A DNA stretch of 64,000 nucleotides from a bacterium HR37 (lineage in GTDB: Bacteria > Desulfobacterota_D > UBA1144 > Nemesobacterales > CSP1-2): the NCBI GenBank assembly GCA_002898375.1, contig BEIN01000015.1:4414-68413 (forward strand), given 5' to 3'. How positions within the stretch are numbered: the stretch's first letter is position 1; the number at the start of each line of letters is the position of its first letter. Made by a program: the position numbers and the translations under genes. The notes beneath the pieces are model-generated. The model saw only the letters and a list, made by a program, of their open reading frames with translations. It made no database searches and was not told the origin of the DNA. Shown here one piece after another: positions 42,851-52,474 of this stretch.

Positions 42851-44133
42851 TGTTCTATCTTCTCTCCTATTGCTCTTTCAAGTTGTGCAATGGCAATTTT
42901 GTAGTCATATATAGATTTATAGTAGTTTGCTGTCGTTTCAGCCAAAAGTGCCTCGGACTCCATAAAATCAACAATTGAGCTTTTACCCAGTCGGTACTCT
43001 TCCTGTGCAAGGAGAAAGTTTTCCTCTGCAGATTGCTTTGATAGCTCTGTTACCCTGAGTCTCTCTTCTGCGAGTTTTAGGTTTAGATAGAGCTCTTTTA
43101 CCTCGGCTTTTATCTGCTCTCTGGTAGCCTTTATATTGGCTTCAAGCTGTCTTAGCTTTGCCTGTGCTTCCCTTACACTTGCTAGATCTGAAAAACCTTT
43201 AAAGATAGGGAATCTGATTCCTATACCTGCAATAAAATCAGGACCGGTAGCCCCTTCTCCCTCAAACCTGTATGCGGCTCTTCCAAATATCTGGGGATAG
43301 TAGAGTTTGTTTTTTAAGGCTTTTATGTTGTACTCTATACCTGTTTCTTTAACCATAAGATTTTTTAGCTCCGGGCGTAGCCTTAAGGCTTTTTCAATTG
43401 CTTGATCCAGGTCCAGGTTAACTATCTTATATTCTAACATATCCTGGAGTTCGTAGTTAAAATCCCCCTCTATTCCAAGCAGGGTGGCAAGCCTGTTTTT
43501 TGCAATCTCTAAGTTGTTTTCAGCTGTAATTAAGCTAAGTCTTACGTTTCCCACCTCTACTTTCGCTTTTGTAACATCGAGGCGGGATCTTCTACCCAGA
43601 TTAAAAAGGTTCTCGATCTGTTCAAGCCGTTTTTCATTAAGAGCAAGTATTTTCTTTGTGGCTTTTAGTATATGCTCTTGAGCTAGGGTTGTGTAGTAAG
43701 CTATTTTTGTTTCAAGAATAAGGTCTTCTTTGGTTATTGACTTTTCAATTTCTGCCGATTCAAGTTGTGCTCTGGTGGCTTTTATAAGATTTGGTGTTTG
43801 CCAGAAATCCCATATTAGTTGATCCATTGATATCTGTGATTCACGTTCAACAAAGGGAAGAATGAATCTAAACTCAAGGTGAGGGTAGAGATTTGATTTT
43901 GCATTTTGCACTTTTGCCTTCATGATATCTACAGCTGCATCTGATACCTGTAAAGTGGGGTTGTTCTGAAGTGCCATGTTAATGGCCTCATTTAGGGTAA
44001 GAACCCTTGAAGATTCATTAGCATAGTTGTTGCTTGGGATAAGTAAAAAGAGCATAAATATGATTAACTTTCTCATCTTATAACCTCCGCTTCGGAAAGT
44101 ATTAAATATGACCTTTATATTTAGGCGTTGCAA
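42847..44133 (-). CDS. TolC-family outer membrane efflux protein
   Basis: Signal peptide followed by two tandem alpha-helical coiled-coil/beta repeats with LxxAxxNNP-type periodicity. First gene of the efflux operon. Confidence 0.8.
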   Translation of the reverse strand: MQRLNIKVIFNTFRSGGYKMRKLIIFMLFLLIPSNNYANESSRVLTLNEAINMALQNNPTLQVSDAAVDIMKAKVQNAKSNLYPHLEFRFILPFVERESQISMDQLIWDFWQTPNLIKATRAQLESAEIEKSITKEDLILETKIAYYTTLAQEHILKATKKILALNEKRLEQIENLFNLGRRSRLDVTKAKVEVGNVRLSLITAENNLEIAKNRLATLLGIEGDFNYELQDMLEYKIVNLDLDQAIEKALRLRPELKNLMVKETGIEYNIKALKNKLYYPQIFGRAAYRFEGEGATGPDFIAGIGIRFPIFKGFSDLASVREAQAKLRQLEANIKATREQIKAEVKELYLNLKLAEERLRVTELSKQSAEENFLLAQEEYRLGKSSIVDFMESEALLAETTANYYKSIYDYKIAIAQLERAIGEKIEQ

Positions 44134-44173
44134 TAGTTATAGCAAAGGTGATTACAAGGAATTGGGGTAAAGG

Positions 44174-45355
44174 TTGGGTAAAATATATAACATGGCTTTT
44201 GGAGTATATATTCATATTCCTTACTGTGTAAAGAAGTGTCCCTACTGTGATTTTAACTCCTATGGTGTTGGAAGACTTGTTCCTGAAGATGACTACACCT
44301 TGGCTATACTTGGGGAACTTGATCTATATAGAGACCTTCTTAAAAACGTTACCGTTACATCTATTTTCTTTGGAGGTGGAACACCATCTTTGTTCTCTCC
44401 TTCTGGTGTTGAGAGTATAATTGATAGAATTGCAAGTGTTTCTTCCTTATCCCCTGGTGTTGAGGTCTCTCTTGAGGTAAACCCAAGGACTGCTAACCTT
44501 GAGAAGCTAAGGGGGTTTCTTATAGCTGGCGTAAATAGGATTAGTGTTGGTGTACAGTCATTTTCGGAAAGAAAACTTAAGGTTCTTGGTCGTATAAATT
44601 CTCCCCATGATAGTGAAACTATACTTAAGGCAGTAGAGAGGGCGGGGTTTGTGAACTTTAATCTTGATCTAATGTTTGGGGTTCCTTTTGAAACGCTTAA
44701 GGAGTGGGAATCCGATTTGAGGAAGGCACTGGAGTTTGGCTCAACACATATCTCTTCTTATTGTCTAACAATCGAAGATGACACAGAGTTTGCAACACTT
44801 TACTCAGCTGGTAAATTGCCACTTCCTGATGAAGATGAGCTTATAGATATGTTCAACCTTGCAGGTAATCTTCTCGAAGCGTATGGGTACCTTCAGTATG
44901 AGGTATCTAACTTTTCAAAGCCCGGTTTTGAGTGTAGACACAATCTTATTTACTGGCAAGGGGATTACTATCTAGGGCTCGGAGCTGGAGCGCATTCCTA
45001 TGTTCTGGAAAATAATCCTCCATGGGGTGTTAGGTTCGCCAATATAAGAGATCCAAATAGGTATATGAAAGCTGTAAAAGAAGGAAAAAGACCTGTGGAT
45101 TTCCTTGATATCCTTGATAGGAGAAAGGTTATAGAGGATAGATTTCTTATGGGGCTTAGACTTAAAGAAGGGATAAACCTAAGAGATATCAGTGAGAAAT
45201 TAAGGGTTTATCTAAACCGGGAGAGATTAGACCCTTTGGTTGAAGAAGGTTTCTTTGAGGTACTTAACGATTCTCTAAAGGTTACCAAGAAAGGGGTTTT
45301 GATCCTTAATGAGTTAATAGTTAAGGTACTCGATGCACTTGTCTATAAAGAGTAG
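44174..45355 (+). CDS. hemW: Radical SAM heme chaperone HemW (HemN-like coproporphyrinogen oxidase family)
   Basis: N-terminal radical-SAM motif VYIHIPYCVKKCPYCDFNS (CxxxCxxC). Size and HemN C-terminal domain fit. Confidence 0.8.
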   Translation: MGKIYNMAFGVYIHIPYCVKKCPYCDFNSYGVGRLVPEDDYTLAILGELDLYRDLLKNVTVTSIFFGGGTPSLFSPSGVESIIDRIASVSSLSPGVEVSLEVNPRTANLEKLRGFLIAGVNRISVGVQSFSERKLKVLGRINSPHDSETILKAVERAGFVNFNLDLMFGVPFETLKEWESDLRKALEFGSTHISSYCLTIEDDTEFATLYSAGKLPLPDEDELIDMFNLAGNLLEAYGYLQYEVSNFSKPGFECRHNLIYWQGDYYLGLGAGAHSYVLENNPPWGVRFANIRDPNRYMKAVKEGKRPVDFLDILDRRKVIEDRFLMGLRLKEGINLRDISEKLRVYLNRERLDPLVEEGFFEVLNDSLKVTKKGVLILNELIVKVLDALVYKE

Positions 45356-45359
45356 GGGT

Positions 45360-45848
45360 TTAATTTTTCTTTCTCGTTATTCTCTTAAGTGGGTACTTAT
45401 TTCCGTTTACTTCAATGTAAAATTCTTCGCCTTCTTGGTTTAGATATTTTGTGAATTCATAGTAGGCAGGCCTTGTAAATCTGGCTTCAAACTCTCCATT
45501 TTTTACCTTGGTATAAGGGACGTTTTCTTCATTTAACCATAGGTTATCAAAGTTAAGTTTTTCTTCAGTTTCGTCGTTTAAGATGATATAGAGTCCATCT
45601 TCACGTTTGTCTATCATCCTTACAACAAAAGGTGTGTCTTCTACCTGAATGTATATCCTTCCAGGGCCCTCTTCTATATAGTATCTGCCCTCTTCATCTC
45701 GTCTTAGAAGGTTGTTATTATAGAGGTATGTCCACTTGTGAAGTATAGGGATACCATCTTGGTACCAGTTACCTTCTTTGTCTATATATATCCTTGGTCT
45801 AAACCTATCTGATTCTTTCTCTTCTGACATAATATAACTATAACACAA
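45360..45848 (-). CDS. Hypothetical protein
   Basis: 162 aa, rich in Y/E/K. No secure family assignment. Confidence 0.35.
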   Translation of the reverse strand: MCYSYIMSEEKESDRFRPRIYIDKEGNWYQDGIPILHKWTYLYNNNLLRRDEEGRYYIEEGPGRIYIQVEDTPFVVRMIDKREDGLYIILNDETEEKLNFDNLWLNEENVPYTKVKNGEFEARFTRPAYYEFTKYLNQEGEEFYIEVNGNKYPLKRITRKKN

Positions 45849-45876
45849 CCTGTATATAAAGATAAGTATGGTTTGA

Positions 45877-46290
45877 CTACTCTCCGATTACCTTAACTAT
45901 TACCCTTTTTCTTCTTTGGCCATCAAATTCAGCGTAAAATATCCTCTGCCATGGTCCTAGGTCAAGGTCGCCTTTCGTTATGGGTACTATAACCTGATGG
46001 TGCATAAGAAGGCTTTTTAGATGTGCATCACCGTTGTCTTCTCCGGTTCTGTGGTGCTTGTAATCACTTCGATAGGGAGCTAGCTTTTCAAGCCATTCCC
46101 ATATGTCTTCAAAAAGACCTTCTTCCAGGTCGTTTACATACACTGAGGCCGTTATGTGCATTGCAGATACCAGAGCAAACCCTTCTTTAATCCCACTTTT
46201 CTTTACGATCTCTCTTACCGTATCTGTAATATGAATGATTTCTCTCCTTTGTTTGGTGTTAAACCAAAGATACTCTGTGTAACTTTTCAT
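45877..46290 (-). CDS. YjbQ family (UPF0047) secondary thiamine-phosphate synthase-like protein
   Basis: 137 aa. The N-terminal strand and MHITASV region fit the YjbQ fold. Confidence 0.75.
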   Translation of the reverse strand: MKSYTEYLWFNTKQRREIIHITDTVREIVKKSGIKEGFALVSAMHITASVYVNDLEEGLFEDIWEWLEKLAPYRSDYKHHRTGEDNGDAHLKSLLMHHQVIVPITKGDLDLGPWQRIFYAEFDGQRRKRVIVKVIGE

Positions 46291-46351
46291 CTTTTCCTCC
46301 TTAGGGGTTTATAGGAAATTAGCCTCTTTCTCCTTTATTACCCTTTTTATT

Positions 46352-46648
46352 CTAAGGGTTAGGAGGTTTTTCGTGCTTACCGCTTTTCAGTTTTTCCCTT
46401 TTAAGTTTTAGCGCCTCATAGGACATTTGGAGTTTATATAGTATATATCCATTTACAACTTCATCTCTTAAATTCCTGTATTCCTTGGCTAGGGAGTCCC
46501 TTATGCCTTGAAGCTTTAAGTACGTGGTTGGTCTGTACTCCAGGAGTTCGGATGGTTTGTTCGCTTCTCCTTTCTGGTTTAGGAACAAGAGGAGGAAAAT
46601 CATTACGATTACTAAAAGTGCCTTTCCCCTCATATTTTTATTCTCCAA
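46352..46648 (-). CDS. Small secreted protein
   Basis: 98 aa with an N-terminal signal peptide and a charged helical remainder. Confidence 0.3.
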   Translation of the reverse strand: MENKNMRGKALLVIVMIFLLLFLNQKGEANKPSELLEYRPTTYLKLQGIRDSLAKEYRNLRDEVVNGYILYKLQMSYEALKLKREKLKSGKHEKPPNP

Positions 46649-46713
46649 TTATATCTGTTTTATTACAATTTTAGCAAAATGTAGTAAAATTAGGGAACGG
46701 AGGAAAGGAAATT

Positions 46714-47388
46714 ATGAAAACTTTAAGTGTGTTGGTATTTGCTTTGCTTTTTATGTGGAGTGAAGCAGTTTTTGGTAACGAAGAAGAGGTTGGTATTAAC
46801 GTAGAAGGAGCGGCAAAAAGAGAAGGTTTTGTTGAACCTGGTGTGCTGCGTAGTACATGTGCATACCTCTGGGATAGGTACTATGAAAAAGAGGGTATTG
46901 AAATGGATGTTTCAACGAGAGGAGAGCAAAATGAGGTGGTGGTTTTTAGGTGTCCAAGTTGCAATCTAGAGGAGCACTTTGTAAAACCCTTTTTAGAATC
47001 TGAGTATGAGGGGAAAACCGGTATAGATAGACTTATAGAGTGTGGTTTTCTCAAAGCTGTCTTTAAGGGAGGAAAGGGGATTGAGGAAATTGTGGTAGAT
47101 GTACCTAAGGTAAAGCAGAATCCACTGAGGGGTAGGTGTGCTAAAGCCTGGAACGAGTATTATAAAAGTACAAACGGTGATATGATGGTCTATACAACGG
47201 GAAAGTACCAAGAAACAATAGTATTTAGCTGCAGAGAATGTAGTTTCACTGAGGAATTTATCAACGTTTTCCTTAATACCAGGTATAATGGTAAAACGGG
47301 CTTGGATCGGCTAAAGATGTGCGGTTTTACACAAGCTGTATTTAAAGAGGAGAGGGCAGGGAGGGAGATTGTAAGGGATATTCCCTAG
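46714..47388 (+). CDS. Secreted protein with two tandem ~83-aa four-cysteine domains
   Basis: Signal peptide MKTLSVLVFALLFMWSEAVFG. Residues 49-131 and 142-224 align at about 40% identity (CA.W..YY...M.V.T.G..E..VF.C..C...F...FL...Y.GKTG.DRL..CGF..AVFK...EIV.D.P). Cys spacing is identical in both copies (+31, +3, +27). Confidence 0.5.
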   Translation: MKTLSVLVFALLFMWSEAVFGNEEEVGINVEGAAKREGFVEPGVLRSTCAYLWDRYYEKEGIEMDVSTRGEQNEVVVFRCPSCNLEEHFVKPFLESEYEGKTGIDRLIECGFLKAVFKGGKGIEEIVVDVPKVKQNPLRGRCAKAWNEYYKSTNGDMMVYTTGKYQETIVFSCRECSFTEEFINVFLNTRYNGKTGLDRLKMCGFTQAVFKEERAGREIVRDIP

Positions 47389-47404
47389 TGTATTTGGAAA
47401 TATA

Positions 47405-47656
47405 ATGGGTGTATTTCCGTTTGGATGGCTTAGGGGTATAGAGGGAGATAACTGGCAGATTCTTTGGAATTCAGAAACCAAGTTAGTGTATGGGAAAGGT
47501 GCAATTTCAAAACGTGTTGTTAGGGTAGGGGAGTCCTTGTCCTGGGAGGAGGCAAAGGCTTTTGCTGATAGGATAATACAGAATCCAAAAGTGTTTTCCG
47601 ATTTGTTGGTTAGTTTGCAGGGTAAACGTGATTTGGATTCTTTGGAATCAAACTGA
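47405..47656 (+). CDS. Hypothetical protein
   Basis: 83-aa ORF. No motif. Confidence 0.25.
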   Translation: MGVFPFGWLRGIEGDNWQILWNSETKLVYGKGAISKRVVRVGESLSWEEAKAFADRIIQNPKVFSDLLVSLQGKRDLDSLESN

Positions 47657-47680
47657 GAATTTGTTTTAAGGGAGGCTACA

Positions 47681-47989
47681 ATGTATTACTTTGTGTTCTT
47701 TGATCCTAAAGATGGGGTTAGGAGAACTCAGATTGTTGATGTGTACAAGAAGTTTGCCGAACACTTTGGAAAGAAGCTACCCCAGTTTAAGTTTATAGGG
47801 TTATACGTGCGCAATGTTCTTTTGGGTTCTAGACCTCATTATGTAGCAATATGGGAGTTTCCCAACTACTCTGATCTTGATGAGTGGAATAGGGTGTTTG
47901 CTGAGGATAAGCAGGGACAGAAGCTTGCAAGGGAGCTTGCAGAACTTACAACTGCTTGGGAAGCAAAGGTTATGTCAAAGTTGATATAA
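47681..47989 (+). CDS. Hypothetical small cytoplasmic protein
   Basis: 102 aa. Its stop overlaps the next start (TAATG). Confidence 0.35.
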   Translation: MYYFVFFDPKDGVRRTQIVDVYKKFAEHFGKKLPQFKFIGLYVRNVLLGSRPHYVAIWEFPNYSDLDEWNRVFAEDKQGQKLARELAELTTAWEAKVMSKLI

Positions 47990-48405
47990 TGGCAAGAGTT
48001 AAGTTATTGGTTTTGATTGTGTGTTTGGCTCTTTTTTACCCTGTAAGAAGCAGTGCTTACGAGTCTGATAAATTAAAATCCCAGGTTTTATACCCAAATC
48101 TCTATATTAAGATTTTAAAATGGTCTATTTACTCTGTAAGGGGTGTAGCTATAGCGCATCACATTACTATAGAGAATACAGGAGATTTAGCTTATAAAAA
48201 CATAAGGGTTAGGATTCACTATCTTTCTGGGTCTTATTCCAATTACGGAACAAAGGTGGCGGTGACAACAGGGATATTACCGATAGTTGTACCTCCGCGT
48301 AGTAAGAACACATACCTGAAGGGAGGGGCTGTCTTAGGGGCAGGCTCTAGTAACTTTATACCCGGTGCTATAGAGGTTTTGGGAGCTACTCCGGTAGATC
48401 CCTGA
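47989..48405 (+). CDS. Secreted beta-rich hypothetical protein
   Basis: Start ATG 47989 (MARVKLLVLIVCLALF signal peptide) is coupled to the upstream gene. The track ORF starts at 47956. Confidence 0.35.
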   Translation: MARVKLLVLIVCLALFYPVRSSAYESDKLKSQVLYPNLYIKILKWSIYSVRGVAIAHHITIENTGDLAYKNIRVRIHYLSGSYSNYGTKVAVTTGILPIVVPPRSKNTYLKGGAVLGAGSSNFIPGAIEVLGATPVDP

Positions 48406-48541
48406 AGACGGGGTTGGTGTTGGCTAATTTAAGGAGTTGCTATCCCTTCTCTGGTATGGTTCGGAATTCTAAAGAAAAAGAAGTTATGTTAAAATTAACA
48501 TCCCTTAATTTTATTCTTTTTAACAGTGCTGAGGTGGGGTA

Positions 48542-49126
48542 ATGATAAAAAGAGTCTGTGTTTTTTGTGGTTCCCGTAAGGGTAAGCGGCTTGCTTACGA
48601 AGAGGCTGCAAAAAGAATGGGTACGGTACTGGCAAAACGAGGTATAGGGGTAGTGTATGGAGGTGGAAGTGTGGGCTTAATGGGGGTGGTTGCCGACTCC
48701 GTAATATCTGAGGGGGGTGAAATTATAGGTGTTATTCCAAAGGCCTTGGTTGCTAGAGAAGTTGTACACACAGGGCTTACTGATTTACATATTGTTGGAT
48801 CAATGCATGAGCGTAAGGCTCTTATGTCACGGCTATCAGATGCATTCATAGCATTGCCAGGAGGTTTTGGAACTCTTGAGGAATTCTGTGAAGTACTAAC
48901 ATGGGCACAACTGGGGTTACATAAGAAGCCGTGTGGTATCCTGAATGTGGAGGGGTTTTATGATCCCCTGCTTCTTCTATTTAATCGTGCTGTAGAGGAA
49001 GGATTTGTTTCTCCAGAACACAGAATGCTTGTGCTGGTTGAAACTGAGCCAGAACGTTTACTCGAGCTCTTAGAAACCTACACCCCTCCTTTTATTGAAA
49101 GGTATATTGAACGAAACGATATATAA
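48542..49126 (+). CDS. LOG-family cytokinin riboside 5'-monophosphate phosphoribohydrolase (TIGR00730)
   Basis: VCVFCGSRKGKR...GIGVVYGGGSVGLMG and PGGFGTLEE motifs characteristic of the LOG family. Confidence 0.85.
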   Translation: MIKRVCVFCGSRKGKRLAYEEAAKRMGTVLAKRGIGVVYGGGSVGLMGVVADSVISEGGEIIGVIPKALVAREVVHTGLTDLHIVGSMHERKALMSRLSDAFIALPGGFGTLEEFCEVLTWAQLGLHKKPCGILNVEGFYDPLLLLFNRAVEEGFVSPEHRMLVLVETEPERLLELLETYTPPFIERYIERNDI

Positions 49127-49146
49127 TTAAACCTAAGGAGAGGGTT

Positions 49147-49674
49147 ATGAAAGTAAGGAGAAAGCTGTTTTTTCACCTTAGCTTTGCTACCCTGATATTT
49201 TTAAGTTCTTTTGCTTTTGCAGTAAACAACGAGGATCTGCAACGTTCCTCGCTTCTTGGTCTTCATGGGGTATTTATTGCGGTTGAAGGTAGCAGGTTTG
49301 TAAGCCTGCATGATACAAGGAAGCAGTTAGAGGAAATGCTAAACAGTGCAGGTATCAGGGTATTAACTATGGAGGAGGCTTCCAAAACGAAAGGAGTGCC
49401 CTTTCTCTACGTTAAGGTGGATACATTAAAAGATACGGGTAATGATTATTTCTACAGAACCAGAGTCGAATTACGTCAATGGAGTTCTTTGCTCCGGGCT
49501 CCTGATATAAGGGTGTATACCGGAACCTGGTCTTCAGAGGTAATTGGTGTGACCAAAAAGGATAGTTTAAGGGAAGCTATCTCTTATGCTCTAAGGGACA
49601 TCGTATACAGGTTTATATATGATTACAGAACTGTAAATCCAAGAAAGGTAGAGGAGAAAAGAATAGAAGATTAG
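49147..49674 (+). CDS. Secreted hypothetical protein
   Basis: 175 aa with signal peptide MKVRRKLFFHLSFATLIFLSSFAFA. Confidence 0.35.
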   Translation: MKVRRKLFFHLSFATLIFLSSFAFAVNNEDLQRSSLLGLHGVFIAVEGSRFVSLHDTRKQLEEMLNSAGIRVLTMEEASKTKGVPFLYVKVDTLKDTGNDYFYRTRVELRQWSSLLRAPDIRVYTGTWSSEVIGVTKKDSLREAISYALRDIVYRFIYDYRTVNPRKVEEKRIED

Positions 49675-49798
49675 ATGTATATAGCTTATCTTTTTTAGCC
49701 ATTAAAATTGTAACCACACACCAGATTAAAAGTGCTTGACAATTCTTTTTAAGATATATTATCCTTTTTAGATAATGAGCTGTAGGTAATGTAGCTAA

Positions 49799-51094
49799 AT
49801 GTCTAAAACGGAACCAGTAGAAACCATAAAAGAGACAACAGACATTAAGGAACTAGCTCTTAGCATAGCCCAAAAGGCAAAGGAAGCTTCAAGGTTACTG
49901 GCTATAGCCTCCCCCCACTTAAAAAACCAAGCCCTTCTGTCTATGGCAGATGGTATAGTTTCCGAATCCGAGTTTATAGTTGGGGAAAATAGAAAGGATA
50001 TTGAGGATGCTTTAAGAAAGGGAATCTCTGGGGCTTTTGTTGACCGCCTTACACTTACCGATTCTAGGATTAAACTTATGGCTGAAGGCATAAGGCAGGT
50101 AGCTGCTCTTAATGACCCTGTTGGGGAAATTGTAAAGATGTGGAAGAGACCAAATGGTCTGTTAGTTGGGAAGATGAGAATCCCTCTTGGGGTAATTGGA
50201 ATTATATATGAGTCAAGACCCAATGTAACTGCAGATGCATCTGCTTTGTGTATAAAAGCTGGAAATGGGGTTATTCTTAGAGGGGGTTCAGAGGCTATAA
50301 GAACCAATCTAGCGATAGGAAAGATTCTAAAGGATGCGCTTAGGCAAAACGGACTTCCAGAGGATGCCATTCAGATAGTTCCTATTGCTGATAGGTCTTT
50401 TGTTCTTGAAATGCTTAAACTCGAAGAGTATATAGACCTTATAATCCCGCGTGGCGGAGAAGGTCTTATAAGATTTGTATCTGAGAATTCAAGGATTCCA
50501 GTGCTTAAACACTACAAAGGGGTCTGTCATGTCTTTGTGGATGAGAGTGCGGATTTTGAGATGGCAGAGAAAATTTGTATAAATGCAAAGGTGCAAAGAC
50601 CTGGGGTGTGTAATGCTATGGAAACACTTCTTGTCCATGAGAATATAGCCTCTGAGTTCCTTCCCTTGATTGTGAGAAAGTTAGAAGAGAGGGGGGTTGA
50701 GATCCGGGGCTGTAAGCGTACAAAAAGGATCGTTCCTCATGTTAAGGAAGCTACGGAGGAGGATTGGTATACGGAGTATCTTGACCTGATACTGAGTGTT
50801 AAAGTGGTTAAGGATATTGAGGAGGCTATTGAGCATATAGAGCGCTATGGCTCAAAGCACACAGAGGCAATAGTAACCCAGAACTACAGAAATGCCCAGG
50901 TCTTTGTAAACAGTGTTAATTCTTCTACCGTGCTTGTTAATGCATCCACCAGGTTTAGTGATGGGTTTGAGTTGGGGCTTGGTGCGGAGATAGGCATTAG
51001 TACTTCCAAGCTTCATGCCTTTGGTCCTATGGGGGTTGAGGAGCTTACCACCACAAAGTTTGTTATTTACGGAAATGGGCAAATAAGAATATAA
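49799..51094 (+). CDS. proA: Gamma-glutamyl phosphate reductase
   Basis: 431 aa aldehyde-dehydrogenase fold with ProA-typical regions ([14 protein letters not shown], catalytic Cys region). Confidence 0.9.
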   Translation: MSKTEPVETIKETTDIKELALSIAQKAKEASRLLAIASPHLKNQALLSMADGIVSESEFIVGENRKDIEDALRKGISGAFVDRLTLTDSRIKLMAEGIRQVAALNDPVGEIVKMWKRPNGLLVGKMRIPLGVIGIIYESRPNVTADASALCIKAGNGVILRGGSEAIRTNLAIGKILKDALRQNGLPEDAIQIVPIADRSFVLEMLKLEEYIDLIIPRGGEGLIRFVSENSRIPVLKHYKGVCHVFVDESADFEMAEKICINAKVQRPGVCNAMETLLVHENIASEFLPLIVRKLEERGVEIRGCKRTKRIVPHVKEATEEDWYTEYLDLILSVKVVKDIEEAIEHIERYGSKHTEAIVTQNYRNAQVFVNSVNSSTVLVNASTRFSDGFELGLGAEIGISTSKLHAFGPMGVEELTTTKFVIYGNGQIRI

Positions 51095-51143
51095 TTAAAG
51101 TGTTAGGGCCTTAGTGAGGTGAGATACAGTATAAAGTAAAAAG

Positions 51144-52439
51144 ATGGGAGAAAAGAATAAAAGGTCAAAAAGGGGCCGTAAATTAAAAGGGGCATTTAGA
51201 GAGTCCTATAGAAGGTATTCAATTACCGGTGATTTAGAAGATATAGCAAATGAAGAGGAAAGTGTATTTGTTCCAATTGATTTGGATGAAAAGATTATAT
51301 CGGATATAGGAGAATCCGATTTTGAGATTAAGCTTGAGCCGGTAAAAGGGGATTTAACAGAAGATAAACAGAAGGGATGGACTCCTGATGAGGAATTTAG
51401 GCTGCTCCAGGTCTACTTCAAGGATATGGGAGCGGAGCCTCTTCTTACTCCTAGGGAAGAGGTAGAGGTTTCGGCAAAGATAAAGAAGTGTGAGTTAAAG
51501 GTAAGGGAGGCAAGGAGATTTCTTGAGCGCGTTTTTGACAGAAAGCTAGGTGGTGAATGCTTGGATGATGTAGTAAAAGAAATTGAAGAGCTTTTAAGGA
51601 AAAGCAGCAGGAATCATAAAAATATAGTAATAAAAAGAAAGAAAACGGACTCACAATTAACATTACATCACATACAAAGGATAAAGGGGCTTACAAAGGC
51701 TTACTTAAGTAGGGCAAGGCTTTTTAAGGAAAGGTTTGTTAAGGCAAATCTAAGACTTGTTGTTAGCATAGCAAAGCGATATATGGGAAGAGGGCTTCCT
51801 CTTTCAGATTTAATACAAGAAGGTAACGTTGGTTTAATGAGAGCGGTGGAAAGATTTGATCATACTAAGGGCTATAAGTTCTCCACATACGCTTCCTGGT
51901 GGATACACCAGGCTATATCTAGGGCATTGCTGGATCAGACAAGGACGATAAGAGTACCCGTATATGTGCTTGAGCAAGCAAGTAAGGTGCATAGAATAAG
52001 CTCTACCATACATAAAGAAACCGGTAGAAAGCCTTTTCCTGAGGAAATAGCCCAAAAGTCTGGCATCTCTATAGAAGGTGTTAAGAGGGTGCTAGAGGCT
52101 ACAAAGGATGTTGTGCATCTTGACTCTCCTGTGCTGGATGGTGAAAAAACCACTCTTATAGAGTTTATCCCTGATGAAAACTCTCCTACCCCTGATCTGG
52201 CTGTTGCAAAGGCTGCTCTTAGCAAGAAGATTAGAGAGACCCTTGGCAGTCTTACCAACAGGGAAGAGCAGATACTTAAGATGAGATTTGGTATAGGATA
52301 CGACACAACATATACTCTGGATGAAATAGGTAGGCATTTTAGCCTTACACGCGAACGTATAAGGCAGATAGAGAAAAGAGCGCTTGAAAAGCTACAGGAT
52401 TCAGATATAGGGGGTATGCTTAAAAGCTTTCTTGAGTAG
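51144..52439 (+). CDS. RNA polymerase sigma-70 family factor (group 1/2, RpoD/RpoS-like)
   Basis: Region 2 DLIQEGNVGLMRAVERFD...YASWWIHQAI and a region 4 HTH. At 431 aa it is short for a typical RpoD. Confidence 0.8.
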   Translation: MGEKNKRSKRGRKLKGAFRESYRRYSITGDLEDIANEEESVFVPIDLDEKIISDIGESDFEIKLEPVKGDLTEDKQKGWTPDEEFRLLQVYFKDMGAEPLLTPREEVEVSAKIKKCELKVREARRFLERVFDRKLGGECLDDVVKEIEELLRKSSRNHKNIVIKRKKTDSQLTLHHIQRIKGLTKAYLSRARLFKERFVKANLRLVVSIAKRYMGRGLPLSDLIQEGNVGLMRAVERFDHTKGYKFSTYASWWIHQAISRALLDQTRTIRVPVYVLEQASKVHRISSTIHKETGRKPFPEEIAQKSGISIEGVKRVLEATKDVVHLDSPVLDGEKTTLIEFIPDENSPTPDLAVAKAALSKKIRETLGSLTNREEQILKMRFGIGYDTTYTLDEIGRHFSLTRERIRQIEKRALEKLQDSDIGGMLKSFLE

Positions 52440-52474
52440 TGCTTTGTTTATTATCTGGTTATATTTCTGCCTAA

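Noticed and set aside
48447-48475. AT-rich perfect palindrome AAAATTAA-N6-TTAATTTT followed by T-rich sequence upstream of the LOG gene
   Set aside because: The stem is entirely A/U, so it is too weak to call an intrinsic terminator. It may be a protein-binding site, but nothing more can be supported.
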